The translations under genes were made by a program, and so were the position numbers. A stretch of DNA of 64,000 nt, from positions 55,862,001-55,926,000 of the forward strand of contig OX597833.1 in assembly GCA_951406725.2 (NCBI GenBank). The letters run 5' to 3'. This stretch comes from Octopus vulgaris. Taxonomy: Eukaryota. The notes below the pieces were generated by a model. That model ran no database searches. It saw only the letters and a list, made by a program, of their open reading frames with translations, and was not told the origin of the DNA. Shown in pieces: positions 12,409 to 26,749 of the stretch. Position 1 is the stretch's first letter. Each line of letters opens with the position of its first letter.

Positions 12409-12828
12409 TTCTCTTACTCTTTACTCTTTTACTTGTTTCAGTCATTTGACTGCGGCCATGCTGGAGCACCGCCTTTAGTCGAGCAACTCGACCCCGGGAC
12501 TTTATTCTTTTTTTTTTGTAAGCCCAGTACTTATTCTATCAGTCTCTTTTTGCCGAACCGCTAAGTGACGGGGACATAAACAAACCAGCATCGGTTGTCA
12601 AGCAATGCTAGGGGGACAAACACAGACACACAAACATGTACACATACACACATATATATATACATATATACGACAGGCTTCTTTCAGTTTCCGTCTACCA
12701 AATCCACTCACAAGGCATTGGTCGGCCCGGAGCTATAGCAGAAGACACTTGCCCAAGATGCCACGCAGTGGGACTGAACCCGGAACCATATGGTTGGTTA
12801 GCAAGCTACTTACCACACTGCCACTCCT
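12409..12828 (-). mobile_element. Full-length SINE family A
   Basis: Family match. Confidence 0.9.
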
Positions 12829-13647
12829 ATATATATTAAATTAGAGATAAAACCACTATTAGGCAAATCAAACAGTGAAAATCATAAACCAAAACATAGA
12901 AATAAAATTAATTAATATAATATACAAAATATATATATATATTTATACTGTAAAATTAGATTTAATCCTAAATCTAATTTTTCCCTGTAAGTTCGGATTT
13001 ACTCCCTAATATTATTATGATATATATATTTATATACACACACATACACACACACAAACTCACTAACTGATAATCATTTATGTCAAGATAAATTTTTATG
13101 TGTATATGTGAATATCTTTTACTTGTTTCAGTCGTTAGACTGCGGCCATGCTAGAGCACAAGTATGCATGTGTATATATGGATATATATGTGTATATATG
13201 TAAATATATGTGTGGGGGGAAGTATGTGTACACACACACACGCACACTCACACACACACACACACGCATGCACACACACACACACACACACAATTCCAAT
13301 CGAGTGATCGTAGTTATCTATAACTGAATACAAATTCGGTGTTAAAAGCAAGTGTAAAGAATATTAGTTTTTGTTTCTTTTTTCTTTTTTTTTCGTCGCA
13401 CCTTCGTGGCCAGATGTTTCAACTTGCCCTCAGAGATCTTTCCACAATGGAATACATTATTCATTGGGTTCCTATCTTATTAGTGAATTACTGATCTTAA
13501 TTCTCTCATTCTCTTTCTGTCTCTTCTTCTCTCTCTCTCCCTCTCTTTCTTTCTCTTTCTTTCTATCTCTCACTCTCTCGTTTTCTATTTCTCTCTCTTT
13601 CTCTCTAGCTCTCTTTCTGTCTCTCTCTTTTTCTTTCTCCACTTTAT

Positions 13648-13693
<46 letters not shown>

Positions 13694-14149
13694 GTGGCTT
13701 TCCCCCCCTCTCTCTCCCCTTTTTTTGCTTTTGCCACTAGGTGTTTGTCAACATTCTCTCCCCAATTCAGTTTATCAAGAACGGTACTTACGGTATTTGG
13801 TAAACGTATATTCGACTCTTCTGTCCAAATCCGTGCCTTTGACCTCTCTGCATTATTTCTTTTAGCACATTTTCCTTATAATTATGCGAATCACTTCACG
13901 CCATAAATGTTCTCTACACATTTTGTATATATCTTAGTATGTCTATGTCTAACAGTTAGACAACCATCAAGTACAAGAAGCGAGCATAATTGCTGTCTGT
14001 GGAAGATGAACTTCGTGTGTGTCTATCAAAAGCACAACCCAATCTTAAAGAGTTGTGCAAGAAACACCAGGTTCAATTTTCTCATTGAGTTTTTGATGAG
14101 AATAAATGTAATCTTTTCAAACTAAAGTTTTTAAATACACGTTTTAATA

Positions 14150-14366
14150 ATAACTGCATATGCAAGAATAAAATTGCATATGTACGTGACAATGTTTATA
14201 CAGTTTGTGTTTTTATTGAAAATAAACCTGAACATGAGTATTTTCATTTCATTAATTAAATGCTGTTTTTTTGCATAAGACAATTAAATTATTGCACAGG
14301 GGTTCCTCGAGCCAGTGGAATGCTTCCTTGGAATTCCGCTCCAGCAAAAAGGTTGAAAAGCACTAG
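14150..14366. mobile_element. Possible hAT-like terminal fragment
   Basis: Ends CAGGGGTTCCTCGAG...AAAAAGGTTGAAAAGCACTAG, resembling hAT/Charlie-type termini; the partner end was not identified. Confidence 0.3.
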
Positions 14367-14829
14367 TCTAACTTAATTGGAACCAAGGTGGAAAAACTAT
14401 TGTGCTGATGACGCACATCGAGACAGAAACATGTCCACTGCTATCCATTTGTCTCCAGCAAAGAAAAATATTTAGATTGTCTTTTCCTTCATGGCATATC
14501 AAATCTAGAGAATTTTTCTATTCTATTTCTACTTCTCGTTCAGAGTTGGTCGCGATTGCCACTAGGCGTTTGTTTAGCTTCTCTCAAAGTAATGTTTCCA
14601 ATACAGTAGGAATCATTAACAATTTTGTATGGTTTTTAGTTATACCGTTATTTGCATTTGTCGCCCAAATTCACGCCACAGGTGTGTGTATATGTCTGTT
14701 TGTGTATACGCGTGTGTACGTATGTATACGTGTGTGTGTTTGTGCAAGTGTGTTTGAATATATGCATGTGTGAGTACGCACGTGTGCATGTATATATGTA
14801 TGTATGTATGTATGTATGCATGTATGCAT

Positions 14830-15030
14830 GTCACGTGTGTATCGTTGGCAATTTTCTTTCTCCGTCTTCCCTTCCTTGGACTTTTCCTTTTCTATGTTTC
14901 TGATGAAGAGCTCCGCTCGAAACGTTAAATCTTCCTCCTTCCTTCCTTTCCCTAGCGTCCAATAACACTAATACTTGTTCCACGTCCTCGCGTTGTTGTG
15001 TTTTCTCTTTTTTCATGTTTAGATTAACTA
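14830..15030 (+). mobile_element. Penelope-like terminal-repeat relic with a minimal hammerhead (14896-14930), abutting (TA)n
   Basis: gttt-CTGATGA-A-GAGC tcc GCTC-GAAAC-GTT-aaat; a second, inverted copy lies at 18518-18745. Confidence 0.7.
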
Positions 15031-15034
15031 TATA

Positions 15035-15088
<54 letters not shown>

Positions 15089-15923
15089 TGTAATCTATGA
15101 ATGTATGTATATGTATCTATATATTTATGTATTTATTTATGGCTGTAGTTACGTGTGTATATATACAGATGTATGTATAATGCACATATATACATATGTA
15201 AGTTTTGCGGGCATAATGCGCGCGCGTATATGTGTATATGTGTATATGTGTATGCGCATTTGTGTGTGTATATATATGTGTGTATATATGTATGTGTGTG
15301 TGTATATGTATGTGTGTGTCTGAGTTTGTGTGTGTGTATGTGTAAGTGTGTGTGTACGGGTATATGTATGCATGTCTGTATGTGTTTGAGTATGTGTCTG
15401 AGTGTGTGTATGTGTGTGTGTGCGTGTGTGTCTGTGCGTGTGTGTGTGTGTATTAGAGACAAATTGCAAATGACAATATCTTAATGGAAATAGGTAACGT
15501 AATGCACAAAAAAAAATTAAAGCAGAAATATAGCAAAGTATGGCACCGAGGTAAACGGGAAGGGGGAGGAGAAGGAAAAAATAAGAGGATTGTGGGAGAG
15601 CGAGAAGGGGAGATAATAAGTATTTAATGCAGACAAGAGATAACTGAGCGAAACGAAGATAAATAAAAAGTTAGTGGAGGCCATTATAGTGATGACGAGG
15701 AAGTAAGGCAGGAATGGTTTTCAGAACTTGGCAGCGAAGGCAGAGGCAGGGTAGGGGGTGTTGTGTGCGTGTGAGTGTTAAAAGGAGTTTTAATGCGAGT
15801 TAAGTGTGAAATGTAAATAGTGTTAAACAGGCGGATTGATACACATGCATGCCGATAGATATCGCATGCACATAGGCATATGCGTGCGACGTGTACACAC
15901 ATACATGCATACACACACACATG

Positions 15924-15961
<38 letters not shown>

Positions 15962-16334
15962 TATATAGAGGAGGGTGGGGGTGTGCACGTATATATATAT
16001 AGAGAGAGAGAGATACACACACATACATATTCAGTGAGTGTGCTCTACAACTAATTGATAATTTGTTAAGGGCTATGATCAATATATGTCTAAAATAAAT
16101 AAGCTCTCAATATACATGTGTGTGTGCATATGTATAAATATGCATATACACATCTATCTCTCTCTCTATATATATATGTGTGTGTGGGGGGTGTATATAT
16201 ATAAATTATATATATATGTATAAATATATATGTATATATATATATAAATTATATATATATATGCATATGTATATATGCATAATAAAGTGTGTGTATATAT
16301 ATATATATATGTATAGACAATAGATAGATAGATG

Positions 16335-16429
<95 letters not shown>

Positions 16430-16672
16430 GCGAGTGCGTAATTATTTGTAACTACAGGTACCCACACACACAAAAAGCAGAAAAATTTGATTATGAAAAC
16501 AAGGGACCTAAACAGAGCATTGAGAGAATGGGGAGATGAAACACAAGTTCGGATTACAGATAAGTTGTATGTGGGAGGTAGAGTTAAGGCTGAGTCAAAA
16601 TGGTCAAATATGTAAATATCTTTATGTCTGTATTACTGACTAAGTTGCTTGCATACCTACCTACCTTATCTA

Positions 16673-16704
<32 letters not shown>

Positions 16705-16836
16705 TGTATCTATCTATCTATCAGTTTTCCTGTCTATGACTATGTATCTATTTACCTACACACGCGCGCACACGCACACACACTCAACTAATCTATCAAC
16801 CTACATACTTGGCTCTTTGTACACATCCCCCAAATA

Positions 16837-16908
<72 letters not shown>

Positions 16909-16989
16909 TGTATATACATATATATATACATGTATGTATGTGTGTGTGTGCATGTGTGTTTGTATGTATGTATATAAGCGTGTATGTAT

Positions 16990-17060
<71 letters not shown>

Positions 17061-17069
17061 TGTATTTCT

Positions 17070-17447
17070 CTTTTCTTTCTCTTTTACTGGTTTCAGTCAT
17101 GTGACTGTGGCCATGCTGGAGCACCGCCTTAAGTCGAGCAAATCAACCCCAGGACTTATTCTTTTGCCGAACCGCTAAGTTACGGAGACGTAAACACACC
17201 AGCATCGGTTGTCAAGCGATGCTGTGGGGACAAACACAGACACACAAACATATACACATACATATATATATATATACATATACACGACAGGCTTCTTTCA
17301 GTTTCCGTCAACCAAATCCACTCACAAGGCTTTGATCGGCCCGAGGCTATAGTAGAAGAGGCTTGCCCAAGGTGCCACTCAGTGGGACTGAACCCGGAAC
17401 TATGTGGTTGGTAAGCAAGCTACTTACCACACAACCACTCCTACGCC
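17070..17447 (-). mobile_element. SINE family A with an internal deletion
   Basis: Family match; lacks the segment between GACTTATTCTTT and TTTGCCGAACC. Confidence 0.88.
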
Positions 17448-17944
17448 TGTATGTATATATCTATATACACACACACATATATATATATATAATCAGGAAT
17501 TTATATCTTCATTATCTTATGTGTTCCTAACCATTGTTTTGTTCTTCTTTAAAATTCTGGCATATTTTCATGGTCTACATAATCTCTGTAAACACACACA
17601 CACGCGCACACACACACACACAACTACACACACACACACATACACACACATACACACACATACACACGCACGCACTCTCATTAACACCATTGCACTAATA
17701 ATCAACCTCATCAACGCCATCACCATCTTGGATTATTATCAAGATGATCATCATCACCATTATTATTATTATCATCATCATCACCAGCAAAATAATCATA
17801 ACGGTTTTAAATTTTGGCACAAGGCCAGCAATTCTATGAGAGGAGCTTAGGTGATTACATTGACCTCAGTGGTTAACTGGATTGTACATATTTTATCGAT
17901 CCCGAAAGGATGAAAGGCAAAGTCGACCTCAGCGGCATAATAAC

Positions 17945-17976
<32 letters not shown>

Positions 17977-18475
17977 TAATAATCACTATCACTGCTTTCT
18001 TCCTCCTCATCGTCTCAAACCGCAACAATATCATCATCAGCATCATCAGAAAAACGATGATGACGATGACGACAATGATGATGATGATGATGACGACGAC
18101 GACGACGACGATGACGACGATGATGATGATGACGACGACGATGACAATGATGATGATGATGATGATGATGACGATGATGACGATGATGACGCCGCCACTA
18201 TCTATCCTTCTCTTCGTATATGTTGGACTGTTTTTATCGCATTGGATTTGACTACTCTTTCTAACAGGTCTAGCTACCGCGTACAGGTTATCTTGTAGGA
18301 TATGTCAACGGTAGTGCAGCAGAAGCTGGTTATAAGTGGGGGATCGCTCTCCCCCACAACCCCCGCTAGTACCTTCACCATCACCGCCGTCACCTCCTCC
18401 CTTCTCGTTGACAACATCTTTATAGTTTCGGTTTTATTTTCAGCACACATACACAGATACACACACACACACACA

Positions 18476-18517
<42 letters not shown>

Positions 18518-18523
<6 letters not shown>

Positions 18524-18745
18524 TAATCCAAACAAGAAAACACAAAAAAGACACAACAACGCGAGGACGTGGAACAAATATATTATTATTGGACGCTCAG
18601 GAAGGAAGGGAAGAAGGAGGGTTTAACGTTTCGAGCGGAGTTCTTCGTCGGAAACATAGGAGAAGGAAAGATCCAGAGAAGGGAAAACTGAGGAAAAAAA
18701 ATCGCCAACGGTACACACGAGGTCACATTTTGAAATATATATATA
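18518..18745 (-). mobile_element. Second copy of the Penelope-like relic (hammerhead core mutated to CCGACGA)
   Basis: Reverse complement of 14830-15030, also abutting (TA)n. Confidence 0.7.
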
Positions 18746-18830
18746 TACATTACATACGTATACGCAAAACCAAGTTTCACATACATGCATAGACACGCAC
18801 ATGCACACATATATATACGCTTTTTTTTTG

Positions 18831-19232
18831 TACTCTTTTTACTTGTTTCAGTCATTTGACTGCGGCTATGCTGGAGCATCACCTTTAGTCGAGCAAATCG
18901 CTCCCCCCCCCCCAGGACTTATTCTTTGGAAGCTTAGTACTTATTCTATCGGTCTCATCTGCCGAACCGCTAGGTTACGGGGACGTAAACACGCCAGCAT
19001 CGGTTGTCAAGCGATGTTGGGGGGACAAACACAGACACACAAGCATACACACACACGCATATATATATACGACGGGCTTCTCTCAGTTTTCGTCTACCAA
19101 ATCCACTCACAAGGCTTTGGGCGGCCCGAGGCTATAGTAGAAGACACTTGCCCAAATTACCACGCAGTGGGACTGAACCCAGGACTATGTGGTTGGTAAG
19201 CAAGCTACTTACCACACAGCCACTCCTGCGCC
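18831..19232 (-). mobile_element. Full-length SINE family A
   Basis: Family match. Confidence 0.9.
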
Positions 19233-19417
19233 TATATATATTACACACATGCACTTACACAAAACCTAAAGTTTCACATAGTCACACACATACATAAAAC
19301 CCACATACATGTGCACACATTAAACACACTCAGATCGGCGCACGCATACTTACACAGACTAAATCATAACCTAAATCAGTCGCACTCACACACACACACG
19401 CACTTACACACACATAC

Positions 19418-19620
19418 TGGCACTTCGTCGATTACGACCGAGTTGTTCCATTTGATTCAAATCAATGGAACAGCATGCAAGTGAAATTAGCGTGCGAGTG
19501 GCTGAGTACTCCACAGACACGCCGTACCCTGAATGTAGTTCTCAGAAAGATTCAGTATGATACACAGAATGTGGACAAAGCTGGCTTTTTGAATTATATC
19601 TACAACTCATTTCTGCCAGT
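19418..19620 (-). mobile_element. 3' part of SINE type D2 (tail shared with 44166-44490)
   Basis: GCACTTCGTCGATTACGAC...ACTCCACAGACAC...CTCATTTCTGCCAG is a diverged reverse complement of the 44285-44490 tail. Confidence 0.75.
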
Positions 19621-20367
19621 GAGGCACAAGGCCCGAAATTTTGGGGGAGGGGCAAGTCGATTAGATCGACCCCAGTACGGAACCGGTACTTAATTTATCG
19701 ACCTCCGAAAGGATGAAAGGCAAAGTCGACCGCGGCGGAATTTGAACTCAGAACTTTTCTACTCAAAGCACAAAGCCCGAAATTTTATGGAGGGAGCCAG
19801 TCGATTAGATCGAACCCAGTACGTAACTGGCACTTAATTTATCGACCTCCGAAAGGATGAAAGGCAAAGTCGACCTCGGCGGAATTTGAACTCAGAATGT
19901 AAAGACAGATGAAATAGCGCTAGGCATTTCACCCGGCATGCTAACGTTTTTTATTAATTACTGCCCAGAAGGAGCTACACACATTGGGGACAAACAAGAA
20001 CAGACAAACGGATTAAGTCGATTAGATCGATCCCAGTGCGTAACTGGTACTTATTTAATTGACCCCGAAAGGATGAAAGGCTAAGTCGACCTCGGCAGAA
20101 TTTGAACTCGGAACATAGCGGCAGAAGAAATACCCATTTCTTTACTACCCACAAGGGGCGAAACACAGAGAGGACAAACAAGGACAAACAAACGGATTAA
20201 GTCGATTACATCGACTCCAATGCATCACTGGTACTTAATTTATCGACCCCGAAAGGATGAAAGGCAAAGTCGACCTCGGCGGAATTTGAGCTCAGAACAC
20301 GAAGACAGACGAAATAGCGCTAAGCATTTCACACGGCGTGCTAACGTTTCTGCCAGCTCGCCGCCTT
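19620..20367 (-). mobile_element. SINE family B tandem multimer (4 core units)
   Basis: Four successive GAAAGGATGAAAGGC.AAGTCGACC cores, ending in CTGCCAGCTCGCCGCC. Confidence 0.9.
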
Positions 20368-20817
20368 AGAAATAAAGTTTCTTGTTCAATAACACAATGC
20401 CTTGATCACTAAGCCACCCGTCTTCACCACATACTCAGACATCGCACACACTAATCCAAATGCTTTCTCACTCAGAGGTAAACACACACACACACAACAT
20501 ACATACGGGCAGGTTAAACAGACATAGAGAGGCAAACATGCAGAGGAGAGTCGCCCGGGGAAGCCTCACGCTCTAAGGGGGCTCAGTGCTTCTCTGCATG
20601 CTGAGATTGTGTATACTGGGGTCTCCCGTGCATCATTTGGAGACACACAGGTGTAAAAACACACATACACAAACAATCTCTGTGCCCCCCCCCCCACTCT
20701 CTCTTTCTTTCTCCCCGTCTCCCATTTCTCTCCTCTCTCTCTTTCTCTTTCGCTCTCCCTCTCTTCCTGTCTCTCTATCCCTCTATCTAGTTAGCTTTCC
20801 ATCAATGTATCTATCTA

Positions 20818-20852
<35 letters not shown>

Positions 20853-20895
20853 GGAGAAGCCATCATACACACTCGTACAGACTAACACCCATACA

Positions 20896-21310
20896 GGCGC
20901 AGGAGTGGCTGTGTGGTAAGTTGCTTGCTTACCAACCACATGGTTCCGGGTTCAGTCCCACTGCGTGGCATCTTGGGCAAGTGTCTTCTGCTATAGCCCC
21001 GGGCCGATCAAAGCCTTGTGAGTGGATTTGGTAGACGGAAACTGAAAGAAGCCAGTCGTATATTATATATATATATATATATGTATGTGTATGTGTGTGT
21101 GTGTGTGTGTCTGTGTTTGTCCCCCTAAGCATTGCTTGACGACCGATGCTGGTGTGTTTATGTCCCCGTTACTTAGCGGTTCGGCAAAAAAGACCAACAT
21201 AATAAGTACTGGGCTTACAAAAGAATAAGTCCCGGGGTCGAGTTGCTCTATTAAAGGCGGTGCTCCAGCATGGCCGCAGTCAAATGACTGAAACAATGCA
21301 AAAGAGTAAA
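20896..21310 (+). mobile_element. Full-length SINE family A
   Basis: GGCGCAGGAGTGGCTGTGTGGTAAG head through the family tail. Confidence 0.9.
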
Positions 21311-21513
21311 AAAAAGAGAGAGAGTACACATTTAGTATCAGATCCTCTCATATTCTGCACCTCTCCCCACTCTCTTTCTTTTTCCTTGTTTCTCTACCTA
21401 TGTCTCTTAGTCTCTCTCTCATTTACTTCCCCCTCTCTCTCTCCCTCTTTTACTTCACCCCCTCTCTCTCTCTTTCTCTCCTTCTTTCTATATGCATCAT
21501 CTTCACCAGGAAA

Positions 21514-21548
<35 letters not shown>

Positions 21549-21704
21549 TTTATCTCATCTTCACAAATTCTTATAGAGACCAACGTTAGTTTCATCAGGC
21601 GCACATATCTCAACCCTCCACCGTCCACCCCTTTCATACCGCCATGTTACGTTTTAGCGTTTCTTGCATCCGTTACTGTTGCCGCTTGAGGCATCTTAAG
21701 ACAC

Positions 21705-22405
21705 ATGTGTGTGTATGCATGTATGTATGTATGTATGTATGTATGTACGTATGTATGTATGTATGTATGTTTGTATGTATGTATGTATGTATGTTATGTA
21801 TGTATGTATGTATGTATGTATGTGTGTATGTGTGTATGCATGTATGTATGTATGTATGTATGTATGTACGTATGTGTGTGTATGCATGTATGTATGCATG
21901 CATGCATGTATGTATTTGTGTATGTATGTATGTGTGTGTGTATGTGCATGTGTGTGAGTGTATTTAAATGCAAATACAAACTCATATAACACACACAATT
22001 ACATACACATATCTGTGCGTATTCACACATAAACGCACACATATATGTAACATACACACATACTTAATATATACACACATTTATATAGTCCATGTACATG
22101 AATAGATAAATATATATATAGATACACATATACATTATATACACACATATATATATGTACATATGCATATATACATAAATATATTTATACATGCATATAC
22201 AAGTTTAAGTATATGTATGTAAGTGTATACGTATATAAGTATGTATGTATATGTGTACGTATGTGTATTTGTATGTATGTATGTATGCATGTATGTATGT
22301 ATGTGTGTATGTATGTATGTATGTATGTATGTATGTATGTATGTATGTATGTATGTATGTGTGTGTATGTATGTATGTATGTGTGTGTGTATGTATGTAT
22401 TATGC

Positions 22406-22438
<33 letters not shown>

Positions 22439-22690
22439 TGTATGTATGTATGTATGTATGTACGTATGTATGTATGTGTGTGTATGTATGTATGTATGTA
22501 TGTATGTATGTATGTATGTATGTGTGTGTATGTATGTATTATGTATGTATGTATGTATGTATGTATGTATGTATGTATGTATGTATGTATGTATGTATGT
22601 ATGTATGTATGTATGTGTGTGTGTGTGTATGTATGTATGTATTTATGTATGTATGTATGTATGTATGTATGTATGTGTGTATGTATGTAT
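21705..22690. repeat. Long (TATG)n/(TG)n microsatellite fields
   Basis: Directly visible. Confidence 0.95.
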
Positions 22691-22899
22691 AATCCGTCAC
22701 ACGCACGCACACACCCATTCACCCTTGTGCTTAATTTTGGCGTTCCATCCACCCTCGGCAGACGTCTCCTGCCCCGCAGTTACCATCCATCCTTCAGATA
22801 CCAGGTTTACCAAACTTTCTTGGAAACATGTGAAAGCACAGGTGAAGAGCGGGTAGGAGATGGGAGAACGAGTGAACGAGAGAGGGAGAGAGCGAGAGA

Positions 22900-24005
22900 C
22901 AGAGAGAGGAGGAGGAGATATAGAAAGAGAGAGAGAGAGAGACAGTAAGACGTAGAGGAGGATAGAAAGTGAGCATAATAAAAGAGCGAGTGAGAGAAAA
23001 GGGGGAGAGGAAGAGAGAAGGAAAGAGTGAGAGCGAGAAGGTTGATGTAAATGAAGTTTAAAAAAAAATCAAAGCAGCGAAGCAGACGACAAGGTGGGGG
23101 GATAGTGTGAGTGAGAGAAGCGGTGAAAAGAAGATAAACTGTGAGAGGGAGTGACAGGGAGAAATGGGAGAGGAGGAGATATAGAAAGAGAGAGAGACAG
23201 TAAGACGTAGAGGAGGATAGAAAGTGAGCATAATAAAGCGAGTGAGAGAAAAGGGGGAGAGGAAGAGAGAAGGAAAGAGTGAGAGCGAGAAGGTTGATGT
23301 AAATGAAGTTTAAAAAAAAATCAAAGCAGCGAAGCAGACGACAAGGGAGGGATAGCGTGAGTGAGAAAAGCGGTGAAAAGAAGATAAACTGTGAGAGGGA
23401 GTGACAGGGAGAAAGGGGAGAGGAAGAGAGAAGGAAAGAGTGAGAGCGGGAAGGTTGATATAAGTTAAGGAAAGAAAATTCAAAGCAGCGAAGCAGACGA
23501 CAAGGTGGGGGGATAGTGTGAGTGAGAGAAGCGGTGAAAAGAAGATAAACTGTGAGAGGAAGTGACAGGGAGAAATGGGAGAGGAGGAGATATAGAAAGA
23601 GAGAGAGACAGTAAGACGTAGAGGAGGATAGAAAGTGAGCATAATAAAAGAGCGACTGAGAGAGAAGGGGGAGAGGAAGAGAGAAGGAAAGAGTGAGAGC
23701 GAGAAGGTTGATATAAGTGAAGTAAAAAGAAAAAAAATCAAAGCAGCGAAGCAGACGACAAGGGAGGGATAGCGTGAGTGAGAAAAGCGGTGAAAAGAAG
23801 ATAAACTGTGAGAGGGAGTGACAGGGAGAAAGGGGAGAGGAAGAGAGAAGGAAAGAGTGAGAGCGGGAAGGTTGATATAAGTTAAGGAAAGAAAATTCAA
23901 AGCAACGAAGCAGACGACAAGGGGGGGGGGGATAGCGTGAGTGAGAGAAGCGGTGAAAAGAAGATAAACTGTGAGTGGGGTGACAGGGAGAAAGGGAAAG
24001 GAAGA
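22900..24005. repeat. Purine-rich complex tandem repeat with higher-order structure (AB-AB-B-AB-B)
   Basis: Block CAGTAAGACGTAGAGGAGGATAGAAAGTGAGC occurs 3 times; block AAGCAGACGACAAGG...GAAAAGAAGATAAACTGTGAG occurs 5 times. Confidence 0.9.
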
Positions 24006-24693
24006 GAGAAAGTGGTGGGGTAGAGGGATAAAAAGTTTAGAAAGGTGTGAAATAGAGAAACAAAGGTGAGACATAAAGCGAAAATGAAGAAAAGAGAAAG
24101 AGTATGGCTTCAAGTAAAAAAATGATAGCAGTAGGTGAGTGAGAGAGGGGGGAGAGAATAGAAGAGAAAGAAACATAACAAAGAGAGAGTGCGGGGGGGG
24201 GGAGAAGGAAGAGTGGTAAAGAAAGGAGAGTGAGTGTGTGAGTGATATAGAGAAAGGTGATAGAGAATAGAAAGACCAGAAAGAGAACTGCAAAGAGGGA
24301 GTTGCAGAGAGAGAGGAGGAGAGGGAGAGAGAGAGGGAGACAGAGAGAGAGAGACAGACAGAGGGAGAGAGAACTAAAGGGAAAGAGATAGATATGGAGA
24401 AAGCGAAAGAGAAGGGTAACAAGCGGTTATATACACCTAGGATTTTTTTTATACACGCGATAAAACAAATTTCATATATAGATACCTGCTCATATACACA
24501 TACATATATAGATGAACTGACGTAGAGAGAGAAGCGGGAGAGACAGAGAGAAGCAGGAGAGAGAGAGACAGAGAGAGAGAGAGAGGGGGATGAACATGCA
24601 TATACTGCTGAGGTCACACTCATCTCACATACACATACACTCGAGCAAATGCACACGGACACACCTAGAAATTTTGTTCCGGCCCAGCGTTGT

Positions 24694-24703
24694 ACTTATA
24701 TGG
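24694..24703. promoter_or_regulatory. CArG-like box about 1 kb upstream of the transgelin-like ATG
   Basis: ACTTATATGG, one mismatch from CC(A/T)6GG; SRF sites are typical of vertebrate transgelin/calponin promoters. Confidence 0.25.
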
Positions 24704-25742
24704 CGAAGGCATGTGAAGTCGGCTTCGTAACCCGATACAAGCCAGCATCACGGCAGCTCGCTGAGGTGAGGTGTAAGGCATCATCACCATCATCACCATC
24801 ATCACCGTCGTCGAAGCCCGCAATCGTCGTCATCGTCGTCATCGTCGTCGTCGCCATCATCCTCGTCATCAGAGGTATATAGTCGTCGTCGTCGTCGTCG
24901 TCGTCGACGTCATCATCATCATCGTCATCATCATCATCATCATCACCATCAATAGCACATCATCCCAACTCTTCACGTTTCGTCAGTGGATCCGACAAAA
25001 GACACCAGAAGTAAAGCAAACAAATATAAATATATATATATATATATATAAAAATAAAAGAAATAAAATACACATTCTCTTATAATCACAAACACACACC
25101 ACACACATACACACACACACACACACGCACGCACGCACACATATACAAACATACATTTACTTACACACATATATATATATACATATACACATACACACAC
25201 ATACCTTTACATATTTGTGCGTGTATATGTGTGTGTGTACACAACACTTCCGTTTCGACGGCTCCGCCATCACCGCCACCACCACAGCCACCACCACCAC
25301 CACCACCACCTCCACCAGTTCCTTCCACCCCCGACTGCACAGCCTTCTATATCGCACGCACGCACCACCCCCTCCCTCCCTCCCTCCCGCCCCTCCCCGA
25401 CTCTCGACTCCACCAACCAGCCAGCCAGCCAGCCAGCCGGCCAACCAACCAACAGAGCCGACAACGCGCCTCCTACCCCCTCCCTCCCACCCTCCCACTC
25501 ACTCACTCACTCTCTCTCTCTCTCTCTCTCACTTTCTCCTCCCTCCCCCTTATTCTATGTCTGACTGACTTGGAACCAAAGTTTCTATTCCAACTGTCTC
25601 CACCGAACGGCGCAAACCGTATTTTGAGCAGCTCCGTCCAGACTTGAGTTTTATTTACTCAAATCTTTTTTTAAAAAAATAAAAAAAGCCCAACAGCTTT
25701 TCGCCTTTGGATATTAACTAAAAAAAAACAAAAAAACACAAA

Positions 25743-25793
25743 ATGGCTCTGCGTTTAGGACCCAAAGGTATGGACAGGGCTATCCAGTCCAAG
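25743..25793 (+). CDS. First coding exon of a transgelin/myophilin/calponin-family (calponin-homology) muscle protein
   Basis: CAAAATGG start context; MALRLGPKGMDRAIQSK resembles the GxxR(A/E)xxSK N-terminus of the family; strong phase-0 donor AAG|gtaagc. Confidence 0.75.
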
Positions 25794-26659
25794 GTAAGCA
25801 ATTTCACCATTTGCACAGTTCAGTTTGTTGTTTATACATTTTTGTGTCACTGTTCTGTTTATGCCTCAATAAGAATTCGTGAGCACCTATCAATCTATCT
25901 TTCTACCTATAAATCCATTTACCTATCTATCTACCTATCTATCTACCTATGCTTTTATCTTCCTGTCTATTTACCTGTGCTGCATTTCTGTCTACCCATT
26001 TTTCTATCTATCAGCCTGTCTACCTATCTTTCTATCTATCAGCTTGTCTACCTATCTTTCTATCTATCAGCTTGTCTATCTATCTTTCTAGCTGTTTAAT
26101 CTATCTGCATATCTATGTGTTATATACGTTTGTCAATAATGTTTTTTTTTTTGTATTTTGTTTAATTGCGCGCATTCATGTTTTTGAATATTTACAGAGA
26201 ATCTTTTTTTTTTTTTTAAATCTTTTGGAGAAAAGGGTTTTGTGAAAAATAATCGAAAACTAAAATTAAATGCAATTGCACCATGGAAAGTTAAATCAAC
26301 TATAATAAATATCCACCCAGCCACACACCCCCACATACAATATTACAACAGGTAACAGTAAAAAGACAATAATAAATTTAAGAAGTTTTAAAAACTTTAT
26401 TTTATATATCCACTCAGAAAGAATATATACATACATTATGTATATATATATATATACACACACACATACACATACACATATACACACACACAGTGATTAA
26501 AATACCCAATGCAGAAAGTTTTAAAAGAGGATAAAGGATTAATAATTAAATATATAAACAGGTAAATAAATAAGTAAATAAATAGATATTTCAAGAATTT
26601 TCTTCCACTAAAATCGTCATTTTATAATTTAGTTATAACTTTTATTTTTTTAGATAAAG

Positions 26660-26749
<90 letters not shown>

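Noticed and set aside
22135-22948. Long MYVC/HTYI ORFs, and the many similar ORFs elsewhere
   Set aside because: (TATG)n, (TA)n, (CA)n and (GATA)n repeats lack stop codons in several frames
23310-24662. 450-aa minus-strand ORF
   Set aside because: Translation of the CT-rich strand of a tandem repeat; low complexity, no domain
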